Below, in pieces: positions 6,950 through 14,855 of a DNA stretch of 32,000 nucleotides. Each line of letters begins with the position of its first letter. Positions within the stretch are counted from its first letter, which is position 1. The position numbers and the translations under genes were made by a program. Location: positions 981,782 through 1,013,781 of the forward strand of contig NC_021219.1 in assembly GCF_000392435.1 (NCBI RefSeq), read 5' to 3'. The DNA is from Candidatus Saccharimonas aalborgensis. Lineage in GTDB: Bacteria; Patescibacteriota; Saccharimonadia; Saccharimonadales; Saccharimonadaceae. The notes under the pieces were generated by a model. It saw nothing but the letters and a program-made list of their open reading frames with translations, was not told the origin of the DNA and did not search any database.

Positions 6950-7534
6950 TTAGCGGCCTCCTTCTTTCTCAAACGGTAGTCCAAATTTCTCGAGTAACGC
7001 GCGGCTTGCTAGTTTGTTGCCTTGCTTGATGGCAAACGTGATTTGCATGCCGTGGACGAGTTGTGTTTCCTCGAAACTTAGTTCGGGGAAAATGCTCTGG
7101 TCGGTGATACCGAGATTGTAGTTACCGCCGCGATCAAACTTGAGGCCGACGCCGTGAAAGTCGCGGACACGTGGCAATGCGACATTGACAAAACGATCGA
7201 GGAACTCGTACATTTGTGTACCACGAAGGGTGACGTTGATGCCAACAGGCGCACCCATACCAGCACGGATCTTGAACGTCGCAATTGATTTCTTTGCGAG
7301 ACGTTCGACGGGCGCTTGGCCTGTGACGCGAGTCAGTGTATTCTTGACGGTTTCAAGCATACGCTTGTCGTCTTTTGTCTTACCTGTTCCTACGCTGACG
7401 ACGATTTTCTCGAGAACTGGTACTTCATGTACGTTATCGAGCTTCAGTTCGGCTTGCAGTTCCTTGACATAGGTGTCACGGTACAAGGCTTTCAAGCGAG
7501 GAGTGTAGACGGCTTGTTTCTTGGATTCTGCCAT
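6950..7534 (-). CDS. rplE: 50S ribosomal protein L5
   Basis: LKALYRDTYVKELQAEL...KNTLTRVTGQAPVERLAKKSIATFKIRAGMGAPVGINVTLRG. Confidence 0.96.
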   Translation of the reverse strand: MAESKKQAVYTPRLKALYRDTYVKELQAELKLDNVHEVPVLEKIVVSVGTGKTKDDKRMLETVKNTLTRVTGQAPVERLAKKSIATFKIRAGMGAPVGINVTLRGTQMYEFLDRFVNVALPRVRDFHGVGLKFDRGGNYNLGITDQSIFPELSFEETQLVHGMQITFAIKQGNKLASRALLEKFGLPFEKEGGR

Positions 7535-7851
7535 TACTTAATCTCCTTATTTTTGAGTTGGCGAGCGACGCGCGCTTTGCCACCATCAACTTTATGTACG
7601 TAGCCGACGCGGCTTGTCTTGCTCGTCTTTTCATCGACGACAAGGGCAAGCTTGTGTAGGCTAACGGCAACATGAATGTCTTTTTTGCCACCACGCGGGT
7701 TGAGCTGACTTGGTTTGACATGTCGATGTCCGAGGCCAACTCCCTCAACAAGTGCACCTTGAGCAGAGAGTGCGAGCACTTTGCCTGTGGTACCTTTTTG
7801 TGATCCGCTTATGATCTTGACGATATCACCAGTACGAATACGCTGAGCCAT
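7534..7851 (-). CDS. rplX: 50S ribosomal protein L24
   Basis: Start reset to MAQRIRTGDIVKIISGSQKGTTGKVLAL (KOW motif). Confidence 0.94.
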   Translation of the reverse strand: MAQRIRTGDIVKIISGSQKGTTGKVLALSAQGALVEGVGLGHRHVKPSQLNPRGGKKDIHVAVSLHKLALVVDEKTSKTSRVGYVHKVDGGKARVARQLKNKEIK

Positions 7852-7852
7852 A

Positions 7853-8221
7853 CTAGAGTACCTCCGGCGCAAGGCTGATGATCTTTGCGTAGCCCAGATC
7901 GCGCAGCTCGCGGGGTACGGGACCAAAGACACGCGTTGCCTTGGGGGTCTTGTCATCGTTGATAATTACTGCGGCGTTATCATCAAAGCAGATTGTGCTA
8001 CCGTCGCGGCGGCGAATTTGATCGCGTGTGCGAACGATAACTGCCTTGACAACTGACTTTTTCTTGACGTTTCCGGTGGGGTTGGCATCTTTTACGCTTG
8101 CGGTAATGATATCACCAACTCTCGCATAGCGACGCCTAGAGCCACCAAGCACCTTGATACAAAGGATTTCCTTTGCACCACTGTTGTCGGTGACCTTGAG
8201 ACGAGTTTCTTGTTGGATCAT
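7853..8221 (-). CDS. rplN: 50S ribosomal protein L14
   Basis: Start reset to [44 protein letters not shown]. Confidence 0.96.
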   Translation of the reverse strand: MIQQETRLKVTDNSGAKEILCIKVLGGSRRRYARVGDIITASVKDANPTGNVKKKSVVKAVIVRTRDQIRRRDGSTICFDDNAAVIINDDKTPKATRVFGPVPRELRDLGYAKIISLAPEVL

Positions 8222-8222
8222 G

Positions 8223-8552
8223 CTATGCGCCCTCCTCGTCTTTCTTGTCATGGTCGAGGTCAATCTTGTCCTCGACGGCTTCGTTGACCTCAGATTTGAG
8301 TTCGATCGAGCCCTTGCTGCGCTCAACAATCTTTTCGAGCACAAATGACTTTGTCTTGCTCACTGGTCGACATTCGACAATTGTCACCTTGTCGCCTTTG
8401 TTGGCGTCGTTTTTGGGATCATGAGCAGCATAGGTACGGTTTACCGTATACTGCTTGCCATAAATCGGGTGCGTCTCTCGACTTGTCACGGTGACGACAA
8501 TCGTCTTGTCGGCAAGGCTTGAGGTCACCACACCGGTCAATGATTTGGCCAT
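8223..8552 (-). CDS. rpsQ: 30S ribosomal protein S17 with charged C-terminal extension
   Basis: [73 protein letters not shown]; the tail [22 protein letters not shown] is extra. Confidence 0.94.
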   Translation of the reverse strand: MAKSLTGVVTSSLADKTIVVTVTSRETHPIYGKQYTVNRTYAAHDPKNDANKGDKVTIVECRPVSKTKSFVLEKIVERSKGSIELKSEVNEAVEDKIDLDHDKKDEEGA

Positions 8553-8783
8553 TTAGTTACCTTCCTTTCCTGCCAGCTCGGCTGCACGTTTGGCAGTCAT
8601 GAGACGGGCGATTTCTTTACGTGTCGTACGGAGGATGCGTGGGTTGACGAGCTCTCCGGCACGGTGTGAACGGCGGCTCTCAAAGAGGTCTTGGCGCTTA
8701 GCGGCAAGCTGCTCTGTCACACTGGCGGCTGGCTTCTCTGACTTAGGGGTAGACGTTTTGGTTGTCTTTTTAGGTTCAGCCAT
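8553..8783 (-). CDS. rpmC: 50S ribosomal protein L29
   Basis: C-terminal ELVNPRILRTTRKEIARLMTAKRAAE plus position between rplP and rpsQ. Confidence 0.9.
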   Translation of the reverse strand: MAEPKKTTKTSTPKSEKPAASVTEQLAAKRQDLFESRRSHRAGELVNPRILRTTRKEIARLMTAKRAAELAGKEGN

Positions 8784-8784
8784 A

Positions 8785-9198
8785 TTATGCCTCCTCTCTC
8801 TTTACAAACCGTGTCTTGACGGGCAATTTGTGTCCAGCGAGACGCATCGCTTCGCGAGCAATCTCTTCAGTAACACCTTTCATTTCAAATAGCACGGTTC
8901 CGGTCTTGACCTTTGCGACGTAAAATTCGGGGTTGCCCTTACCACCACCCATTTTGAGGCCCAGTGGCTTACGCGTTACTGGTGTGTGCGGGAAGATGCG
9001 AATCCAGATCTTACCACCACGCTTGATGTAACGTGTCATCGCCTGACGAGCAGACTCGATCTGGCGGCTCGTAATGCGCTCATTGTCGAGGCTTTGGAGG
9101 CCGTAGTCGCCGAAGGCAACATAGTGGCCACGCGTCGCGACGCCATCGTTTTTGCCGATGCGAACTTTGCGATGCGGAACTTTCTTTGGCAGAAGCAT
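8785..9198 (-). CDS. rplP: 50S ribosomal protein L16
   Basis: [19 protein letters not shown]...[69 protein letters not shown]. Confidence 0.97.
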   Translation of the reverse strand: MLLPKKVPHRKVRIGKNDGVATRGHYVAFGDYGLQSLDNERITSRQIESARQAMTRYIKRGGKIWIRIFPHTPVTRKPLGLKMGGGKGNPEFYVAKVKTGTVLFEMKGVTEEIAREAMRLAGHKLPVKTRFVKREEA

Positions 9199-9842
9199 TA
9201 GACGTCACTCCTTTCACCCTTGTAGACCCATACTTTGACACCGATAATACCGGTACCATTAGGGCCAAGTGCACGTGCAGTATGGAAATCAATGTCAGCG
9301 CGAAGCGTATGAAGCGGGACGGAACCCTCGATCACTTTTTCGCGACGGCTCATCTCGGCACCATTGAGTCGACCAGCGACCTCTATACGGATGCCTTTTG
9401 CACCAGCGTTCATGGCGTTTTGGGCAGCCATTTTGACCGCACGGCGGAAGTTGGCGCGGCGCTCAAGCTGACGAGCGATGTTTTCTGCAACCAGCTTTGC
9501 AGCGAGCTCGGGGCGTTTGACTTCCTCAATATTGATGCGAACTGGCAAACTCGTGATTTTTTCGATATCTTTTTTGAGCTCAGTGACACCAGCACCACCT
9601 CGGCCGATGACGACGCCCGCTTTCGCAGTGTGAATTGTCACCGTGATGAGGTTTGCACTTCGCTCTACCTCAATTAAATTGATCGTTGGTCGACTCGCAA
9701 ACTTAGCTTCGATGAGTTCGCGGACCCTTGCATCCTCCACCAGCCACTTGGCAAAATCACGCTTGTTTGAACTAAACCATCGTGAACTCCAGTTTTTGTG
9801 GACTTGGAGGCGGAAGCTAATTGGGTTTACTTTTTGGCCCAT
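9198..9842 (-). CDS. rpsC: 30S ribosomal protein S3
   Basis: [37 protein letters not shown]...[18 protein letters not shown]. Confidence 0.97.
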   Translation of the reverse strand: MGQKVNPISFRLQVHKNWSSRWFSSNKRDFAKWLVEDARVRELIEAKFASRPTINLIEVERSANLITVTIHTAKAGVVIGRGGAGVTELKKDIEKITSLPVRINIEEVKRPELAAKLVAENIARQLERRANFRRAVKMAAQNAMNAGAKGIRIEVAGRLNGAEMSRREKVIEGSVPLHTLRADIDFHTARALGPNGTGIIGVKVWVYKGERSDV

Positions 9843-9847
9843 ACTAT

Positions 9848-10048
9848 TTAAACCTCCTGTTCTTCTAGTTGAGCGAGAATTGCAGCTGCTTGTGCAACGC
9901 TCTCAGGTGAATGTACTGGAACCGGAGATGCTTCACGCAACTCTTGTGCGGGATACCAATCCCAGGGCATCGATACCTTACCTGGTTTATATTCTGCACC
10001 CTTAGGTAAGCCAAATTGGATAACGTGCTTGGCTTGAGAGGTAATCAT
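9848..10048 (-). CDS. Hypothetical 66-aa protein between L22 and S3
   Basis: MITSQAKHVIQFGLPKGAEYKPGKVSMPWDWYPAQELREASPVPVHSPESVAQAAAILAQLEEQEV; start overlaps the rplV stop (TAATG) and the rpsC Shine-Dalgarno is embedded in its last codons. Confidence 0.8.
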   Translation of the reverse strand: MITSQAKHVIQFGLPKGAEYKPGKVSMPWDWYPAQELREASPVPVHSPESVAQAAAILAQLEEQEV

Positions 10049-10458
10049 TATTTTTCCCCCTTTGTAGTAGCCTCAGTTTTCTTCTCGGCTGGTTTCTTAC
10101 GAACTTTTTCGGTACCACTTACCTCGACGAGGATGTGGCTACTGCGCTTTTGGAATGGCAAGGCGCGTCCGCGTGATGCAGGCTTGAACCGTCGCATACG
10201 AGGACCGGCGGTAACGCTTAAAATGCTAATGACAAGGCTCTTGTTGTCAAGCCCGTGGTTGTTTGTGGCATTTGCTGCCGCACTCGCGATGGCCTTGCGA
10301 ACCGCCAGCGCTGCACGCTTTGGTGTGTGGTCAAGGATGACCAACGCATCGGCGACAGAGCGTCCGCGAACAAGAGCGGCGACCAAGCCCATCTTTCGTG
10401 GCGTCTGGTCTATGCCCTTAATGTGCGCACGTACAGTATATACTTGTGTCTCAGCCAT
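10048..10458 (-). CDS. rplV: 50S ribosomal protein L22
   Basis: YTVRAHIKGIDQTPRKMGLVAALVRGRSVADALVILDHTPKRAA...ALDNKSLVISILSVTAGPRMRRFKPASRGRALPFQKRSSHILVEV. Confidence 0.95.
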   Translation of the reverse strand: MAETQVYTVRAHIKGIDQTPRKMGLVAALVRGRSVADALVILDHTPKRAALAVRKAIASAAANATNNHGLDNKSLVISILSVTAGPRMRRFKPASRGRALPFQKRSSHILVEVSGTEKVRKKPAEKKTEATTKGEK

Positions 10459-10724
10459 TATTTCTTCTCCTTGCCCCCGTGCTTGCGGAACTTGCGAGTA
10501 GGGCTAAACTCACCGAGTTTGTGTCCTACCATGTTTTCCGTGATAAGCACCGGAACGTGCACGCGACCATTGTGTACCGCGATAGTACGACCGACCATTT
10601 CTGGTGTGATCGTGCATGCGCGCGCCCAGGTCTTTATAACTGTGCGATCGTCGAGACTCAGAGCCGCCACCTTTTTGGCAAGCTTCGTATCGACGAATGG
10701 GCCTTTTTTGAGTGATCGACTCAT
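10458..10724 (-). CDS. rpsS: 30S ribosomal protein S19
   Basis: [19 protein letters not shown]...[53 protein letters not shown]. Confidence 0.97.
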   Translation of the reverse strand: MSRSLKKGPFVDTKLAKKVAALSLDDRTVIKTWARACTITPEMVGRTIAVHNGRVHVPVLITENMVGHKLGEFSPTRKFRKHGGKEKK

Positions 10725-10727
10725 AGT

Positions 10728-11567
10728 TTACCTCTTCCTCTTAGCTTCGTGACGACTGCGGACAATCATCTTGTCGGTTGATTTACGAGTGCGGGTGCGG
10801 TAACCGAGTGTGAGCTGACCCCATGGAGTACGAGGTGCTTTACCGGTACCGTGGCGGCCACCGTCACCACCACCGTGAGGGTGATCTACGGCATTTTGGA
10901 CGACACCGCGAACAGTTGGACGAATGCCTTTGCGGCGCTTGCGGCCGGCGCTCCCGATCTTGATGTTTTGGTGCTGAACATTACCGACGATGCCGATGGT
11001 TGCTTCACATTCGAGGCGGAATTTGCGGACTTCACCGCTTGGCATACGTACCATTGCGTAGTCACCTTCTTTAGCCATCAGCTGAGCTTTAGTGCCGGCA
11101 GCTCGAACGAGCTGAGCACCTTTGCCGACAGTAAGCTCGATTGCGTAGATCTGTGAACCGACAGGAATTTGTCCGAGAGGCATACGGTTGCTTGTCTCGA
11201 TGGGTGCTTCTGCACCGGTATTGAGTACCTTACCTTTGGACATCTGTGTATCTGCAAGGATGTAGTGATACAATCCGTGCTGATCTTTGACGCGAGCGAT
11301 ACGCGCACTACGGTTTGGGTCGTATTCAATTTCCTCGACAGTCAGTGTCAAACCATTTGCAAGACGATGATTGAGCAAGCGATAGTGACGACGTACACCA
11401 CCACCGCGATGGCGAACAGTGATACGTCCGGTATTGTTACGGCCTGCTCGCTGCTTGGTGCTCTTTACAAGACTTTTGAGCGGCTTGCGAGTCGTAATAT
11501 CACTCATATCCTGACTTGTCATACCGCGACGTGCAGGAGTAGTTGGGTTGTAGCTTTGGATAGCCAT
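10728..11567 (-). CDS. rplB: 50S ribosomal protein L2
   Basis: MAIQSYNPTTPARRGMTSQDM...GRNNTGRITVRHRGGGVRRHYR...VDHPHGGGDGGRHGTGKAPRTPWGQ. Confidence 0.97.
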   Translation of the reverse strand: MAIQSYNPTTPARRGMTSQDMSDITTRKPLKSLVKSTKQRAGRNNTGRITVRHRGGGVRRHYRLLNHRLANGLTLTVEEIEYDPNRSARIARVKDQHGLYHYILADTQMSKGKVLNTGAEAPIETSNRMPLGQIPVGSQIYAIELTVGKGAQLVRAAGTKAQLMAKEGDYAMVRMPSGEVRKFRLECEATIGIVGNVQHQNIKIGSAGRKRRKGIRPTVRGVVQNAVDHPHGGGDGGRHGTGKAPRTPWGQLTLGYRTRTRKSTDKMIVRSRHEAKRKR

Positions 11568-11812
11568 TAGTAAATACCTCCAGGTCCAAGTGGTAGACGA
11601 GTATTATCTGTGCGACGAACGTGGGCCGTATCAGGCACGCAAGTGAGGTCAAGCCCACCTGAGTCGGCAGTGGTTGCTGCCTCATCAACTCCAGCTGCAG
11701 TGTGTGCTCGGTTGCCCAGGCGGGCGAGTCGCGCAGCATCATCTGGCGATAGCTCTACGCTAACCTGTTTGCGGTCAATTTTCGTGTATGGAGGAGTTTT
11801 ATACATATCCAT
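11567..11812 (-). CDS. Hypothetical 81-aa protein between L23 and L2
   Basis: MDMYKTPPYTKIDRKQVSVELSPDDAARLARLGNRAHTAAGVDEAATTADSGGLDLTCVPDTAHVRRTDNTRLPLGPGGIY; start overlaps the rplW stop. Confidence 0.75.
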   Translation of the reverse strand: MDMYKTPPYTKIDRKQVSVELSPDDAARLARLGNRAHTAAGVDEAATTADSGGLDLTCVPDTAHVRRTDNTRLPLGPGGIY

Positions 11813-12132
11813 TATTTCTTCTCCTCTTTCTTTTCGTCTGTATCAAAAACCTTGATCTTGCCTTCGCTGAGAGTCACATAGGCTTTTTTGGTGTCTTGAC
11901 GAGTCGTCGTGCCAGGATAGCGGCGTTTGCCACGGTTGAAACGGATAGATTTGCCACTTTGAACCAGTGTCGTAACGCTCGCTACTTTTGTCTTGTCGAA
12001 CTGTGCTTCGACGGCATCCTTGATTTCCTGCTTGTTTGCATCGAGCGGTACATCAAAGATATAGGTGTTTTGTACTGTAATGAGCCGATAGGCTTTTTCG
12101 GTTGCTCGTGGTGTTACAAGAGTGAGTTTCAT
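11812..12132 (-). CDS. rplW: 50S ribosomal protein L23
   Basis: VTPRATEKAYRLITVQNTYIFDVPLDANKQEIKDAVEAQFD...GKRRYPGTTTRQDTKKAYVTL. Confidence 0.94.
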   Translation of the reverse strand: MKLTLVTPRATEKAYRLITVQNTYIFDVPLDANKQEIKDAVEAQFDKTKVASVTTLVQSGKSIRFNRGKRRYPGTTTRQDTKKAYVTLSEGKIKVFDTDEKKEEKK

Positions 12133-12755
12133 TAGTTATCTCCTCCTGCGAGCCATGACTCAACGACCTTGAGAGCGGCTGGCGTCATAACAATTTGATC
12201 AGCATTGAGAATGTAGTAGACGCTCAGGTAATTTGCGCGGACGAGGAGCACCTGCTGCATATTGTTGGTTGCACGGAGCAATTCTGGAGTCTTGTCATCG
12301 ACGACAAGCAAGACTTTTGCATCCTCATGAAACTTCTGCGCTGTCAGAAATGCGGCGATCTCGGCGGTTTTGCCAGTTGTCTTGATATCAGTTACAGTAA
12401 TTTTCTTGTTTTGGTTGGCCAATGTCAGTGCTTGGCGAAGTGCAACAAGCTTGCTGGTTTTTGACAGCTTCAGCTTGTAATTTTCGTTGCCACTTGGGCC
12501 AAAGACGATACCACCATGGCGCCAGATCGGGTTACGCGTGCTTCCGAAGCGAGCACGACCCGTACCTTTTTGTTTCCATGGTTTTTTGCCACCACCACTC
12601 ACTTCACCGCGAGTCTTAGTGGTCGCACTTGCCTTGCGGCTATTTGCGAGAAAGGCCGTATACGCGAGTTTTAGAAGCTCGTGATTTGGCACGTCAACTG
12701 CAAAGACGCTCTTAGGCAAGGTAGCTTTTGCTGGCTTTGTTTCTGCAGTAGCCAT
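12132..12755 (-). CDS. rplD: 50S ribosomal protein L4
   Basis: ANSRKASATTKTRGEVSGGGKKPWKQKGTGRARFGSTRNPIWRHGGIVFGP. Confidence 0.96.
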   Translation of the reverse strand: MATAETKPAKATLPKSVFAVDVPNHELLKLAYTAFLANSRKASATTKTRGEVSGGGKKPWKQKGTGRARFGSTRNPIWRHGGIVFGPSGNENYKLKLSKTSKLVALRQALTLANQNKKITVTDIKTTGKTAEIAAFLTAQKFHEDAKVLLVVDDKTPELLRATNNMQQVLLVRANYLSVYYILNADQIVMTPAALKVVESWLAGGDN

Positions 12756-13369
12756 TACTTAGCACCTCCGTTAATGACAATTAAGCCCTTTTTGGGGCCT
12801 GGCACAGCACCTTTGACACCAATGAGGTTGTCTGCGGCAGAGACATAGGCAACGGTGAGGTTGCGTACTGTCACCTGCTCGGCACCCATATGGCCGGCCA
12901 TGCGCTTGCCTTTAAAGATTTTTTGTGGGTACATCGAGCCAATCGAACCGACTTTGCGGGTGTTACCCTTACCACCGTGAGTTTTGCGGTGTCGTTTGAA
13001 ATTGTGACGTTTGATGGTTCCAGCCCAGCCTTTACCCTTACTGATACCAGTTGCGTCAACTGAATCACCGAGCGTAAACTCCGTGACATCCCAACTATCA
13101 CCGACCTTGATCTCACCGAGATCGTCGATGCGAAACTCCCGAATTTCCTTCGGGGACACTTTGGCTGATTTGACATGTCCAGCCACGGCCTTGCTCAGGT
13201 TCTTACCCTCACCATATGCCACTTGAACTGCGTTGTAGCCGTCGCTTTCGACGGACTTGACCTGAGTCACAGTCACTGGGCCGGCCTGAATCAACGTGAC
13301 TGGAATAGCCGCGCCGTCCTCACCGATGATTTGGGTCATACCAATTTTGGTACCGAGAAGTGCTTTCAT
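12755..13369 (-). CDS. rplC: 50S ribosomal protein L3
   Basis: Start reset to MKALLGTKIGMTQIIGEDGAAIPVTLIQAGP...GKGWAGTIKRHNFKRHRKTHG. Confidence 0.96.
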   Translation of the reverse strand: MKALLGTKIGMTQIIGEDGAAIPVTLIQAGPVTVTQVKSVESDGYNAVQVAYGEGKNLSKAVAGHVKSAKVSPKEIREFRIDDLGEIKVGDSWDVTEFTLGDSVDATGISKGKGWAGTIKRHNFKRHRKTHGGKGNTRKVGSIGSMYPQKIFKGKRMAGHMGAEQVTVRNLTVAYVSAADNLIGVKGAVPGPKKGLIVINGGAK

Positions 13370-13478
13370 AGCCCTCTTTGCTCCCATTTAAAATCCCCGG
13401 TGGCCAGTGGTTTCCCTCTACAGGACCTACTGATTCACACAGGAACAAGTTTGTATTACGTAATAAGTTACAATGCTT

Positions 13479-13507
13479 AGTCTATCAAATGCGCTCTACT
13501 GTGTCAA
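13479..13507 (-). promoter_or_regulatory. sigma70-type promoter for the rplC-rplO operon
   Basis: Minus strand TTGACA - 17 nt - TAGACT. Confidence 0.7.
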
Positions 13508-13542
13508 GGGTTTTAACAGATGAAGCATAGTTTAGCGTTGAT

Positions 13543-13571
13543 TTGACAAAATCTGTATTTATATTATATAT
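13543..13571 (+). promoter_or_regulatory. sigma70-type promoter of GC-rich unit C
   Basis: TTGACA (13543-13548), then AT-rich TATATA/ATATAT 16-18 nt downstream; divergent from the r-protein promoter. Confidence 0.6.
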
Positions 13572-13635
13572 ATGGGATGGTAACATACAGCCTGGAAATA
13601 CCAGGTGTTCCTTAGCAGAAAGAGGTGTTACTATC

Positions 13636-13881
13636 TTGAAATCACGTGTGACTGGTATGGTTCTCGGCCTTGTGGTGCTCACGGCCTGCGGCGCTTCAAG
13701 CACCGCGGCCGCTGATACTCAACCGAACATGAACCCGAGAACTGGATGGGTTGTCGTTCGAGAAGATCGGCAGGTCGGAGTGTCCAAGGTGTGTGATGGG
13801 TCAACACTCATCTACCACGCCTTTGCCTACAACGGCAATGGCGGACTGGCTGTCATCGCAAACAGTCCCGAGTGCTCATAA
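13636..13881 (+). CDS. Small predicted lipoprotein (unit C, gene 1)
   Basis: TTG start with AGAGGTG Shine-Dalgarno; (M)KSRVTGMVLGLVVLTACGASSTAAADTQP... signal peptide with lipobox LTAC. Confidence 0.75.
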   Translation: MKSRVTGMVLGLVVLTACGASSTAAADTQPNMNPRTGWVVVREDRQVGVSKVCDGSTLIYHAFAYNGNGGLAVIANSPECS

Positions 13882-13901
13882 GCAGATAGTGAGGAAAACT
13901 C

Positions 13902-14312
13902 ATGGTCAAGCCCACGATGGGTCTCGGTGACCCGATCAGTGACAAGCAGGCAGCTCGGCTTGAGCGCGTCTACCAAGTCGTGCGAGGAGTGACCGATCGC
14001 ATCTACAGGCCCCTCGACATGGAGAGGGGCGACCAGCACTTTGTGACGGAAGTCGCGAAGTACGTCATCGGCGTCGACACGACATCGCTCGACCTGCCGT
14101 TCAACCCCGAGGCCATCATGCCATTGGGGGCCAAACTCACCAAGCGGCAGCGCCGGCTGATCGGTGACGTCGTCTATGTCTGGATGCGTCGGTTCACGAC
14201 CGACTACCAGTACATGGTGCGGCTTGTCCTCCTGGCGCGGTTCGCGCGCTTCTCGAACCCAGTTCGGGTCGAGATGGCGAATCAGGCCGTCGGCCATCGT
14301 CCCAAGGAGTAG
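13902..14312 (+). CDS. Hypothetical protein, 136 aa (unit C, gene 2)
   Basis: MVKPTMGLGDPISDKQAARLERVYQVVRGVTDR... with GAGG upstream. Confidence 0.7.
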   Translation: MVKPTMGLGDPISDKQAARLERVYQVVRGVTDRIYRPLDMERGDQHFVTEVAKYVIGVDTTSLDLPFNPEAIMPLGAKLTKRQRRLIGDVVYVWMRRFTTDYQYMVRLVLLARFARFSNPVRVEMANQAVGHRPKE

Positions 14313-14326
14313 GCGCTACACACTAG

Positions 14327-14395
14327 CCCGCTCCTACCCGCATTCTCCGGAATCATTCCGTCGAGAAGCCCGTAGGAGGCGGGCTTTTCGATTTT
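14327..14395 (+). terminator. Imperfect hairpin followed by a T-tract after unit C gene 2
   Basis: AGCCCG-CTCCTAC ... GTAGGAG-GCGGGCT followed by TTCGATTTTT. Confidence 0.55.
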
Positions 14396-14463
14396 TAGGA
14401 GATTATATGATATAGTATGGAAATATGACGGCAACAGGGCCGTCCCGTGTCCTAGGAGGATCT

Positions 14464-14766
14464 GTGAGCAGAAACCGTGTACCGACGTGGAAAAAGGTTC
14501 GGCACGACGCCCTCGCATCGTTGCGAGGCAGCGGCTACGAGATCGATAAGGCCATCGTCGCCATCGTGACCGCCTGCGCTCGCTACGTCGTCGGTCAAGA
14601 CTACGACCACTCGGTCGTGGACTTCGGCGATCGCGACCTGTGGGTCGACCGCGAGTACCGCCCCATCATCAGTGCGGCGGCCGACGCCGCCGACGCACTC
14701 GGGTCTAGTCACCTGGACATCTACGAGCGTGTCGGCCACCTGTACCACCTCGTCCATCAGGACTAG
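14464..14766 (+). CDS. Hypothetical protein, 100 aa (unit C, gene 3)
   Basis: GTG start preceded by AGGAGG; (M)SRNRVPTWKKVRHDALASLRGSGYEIDKAIVAIVTACARYVVGQDYDHSVVDFG.... A GACGGC/GCCGTC hairpin (14427-14444) sits in the leader. Confidence 0.7.
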   Translation: MSRNRVPTWKKVRHDALASLRGSGYEIDKAIVAIVTACARYVVGQDYDHSVVDFGDRDLWVDREYRPIISAAADAADALGSSHLDIYERVGHLYHLVHQD

Positions 14767-14774
14767 GCGACACA

Positions 14775-14822
14775 CGACGACAGATGGGTGAGCTCTCCTC
14801 TAAAGCTCCCCGTCTGTCGTCG
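14775..14822 (+). other. Long near-perfect hairpin after unit C
   Basis: CGACGACAGATGGGTGAGCT / AGCTCCCCGTCTGTCGTCG (about 19 bp, one G-U, one bulge), 8 nt after the stop codon. Confidence 0.7.
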
Positions 14823-14826
14823 TTCC

Positions 14827-14855
14827 AACCCTGATGCGCATCGGGGTTGTTTTTA
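14827..14855 (+). terminator. Intrinsic terminator of unit C
   Basis: AACCCTGATG-CG-CATCGGGGTT followed by GTTTTTAATTT. Confidence 0.75.

Noticed and set aside
7853-8344. Longer rplN start (and longer rplX, rpsH, moxR, sigma-partner starts) in the ORF track
   Set aside because: The extensions run into upstream genes and lack homology; internal Met sites match family N-termini or have Shine-Dalgarno sequences.
13827-14297. 156-aa minus ORF opposite unit C, plus 14452..14775 and 14705..15010
   Set aside because: Antisense shadows in GC-rich coding DNA; the plus-strand frames have AGGAGG/GAGG sites and coherent starts.
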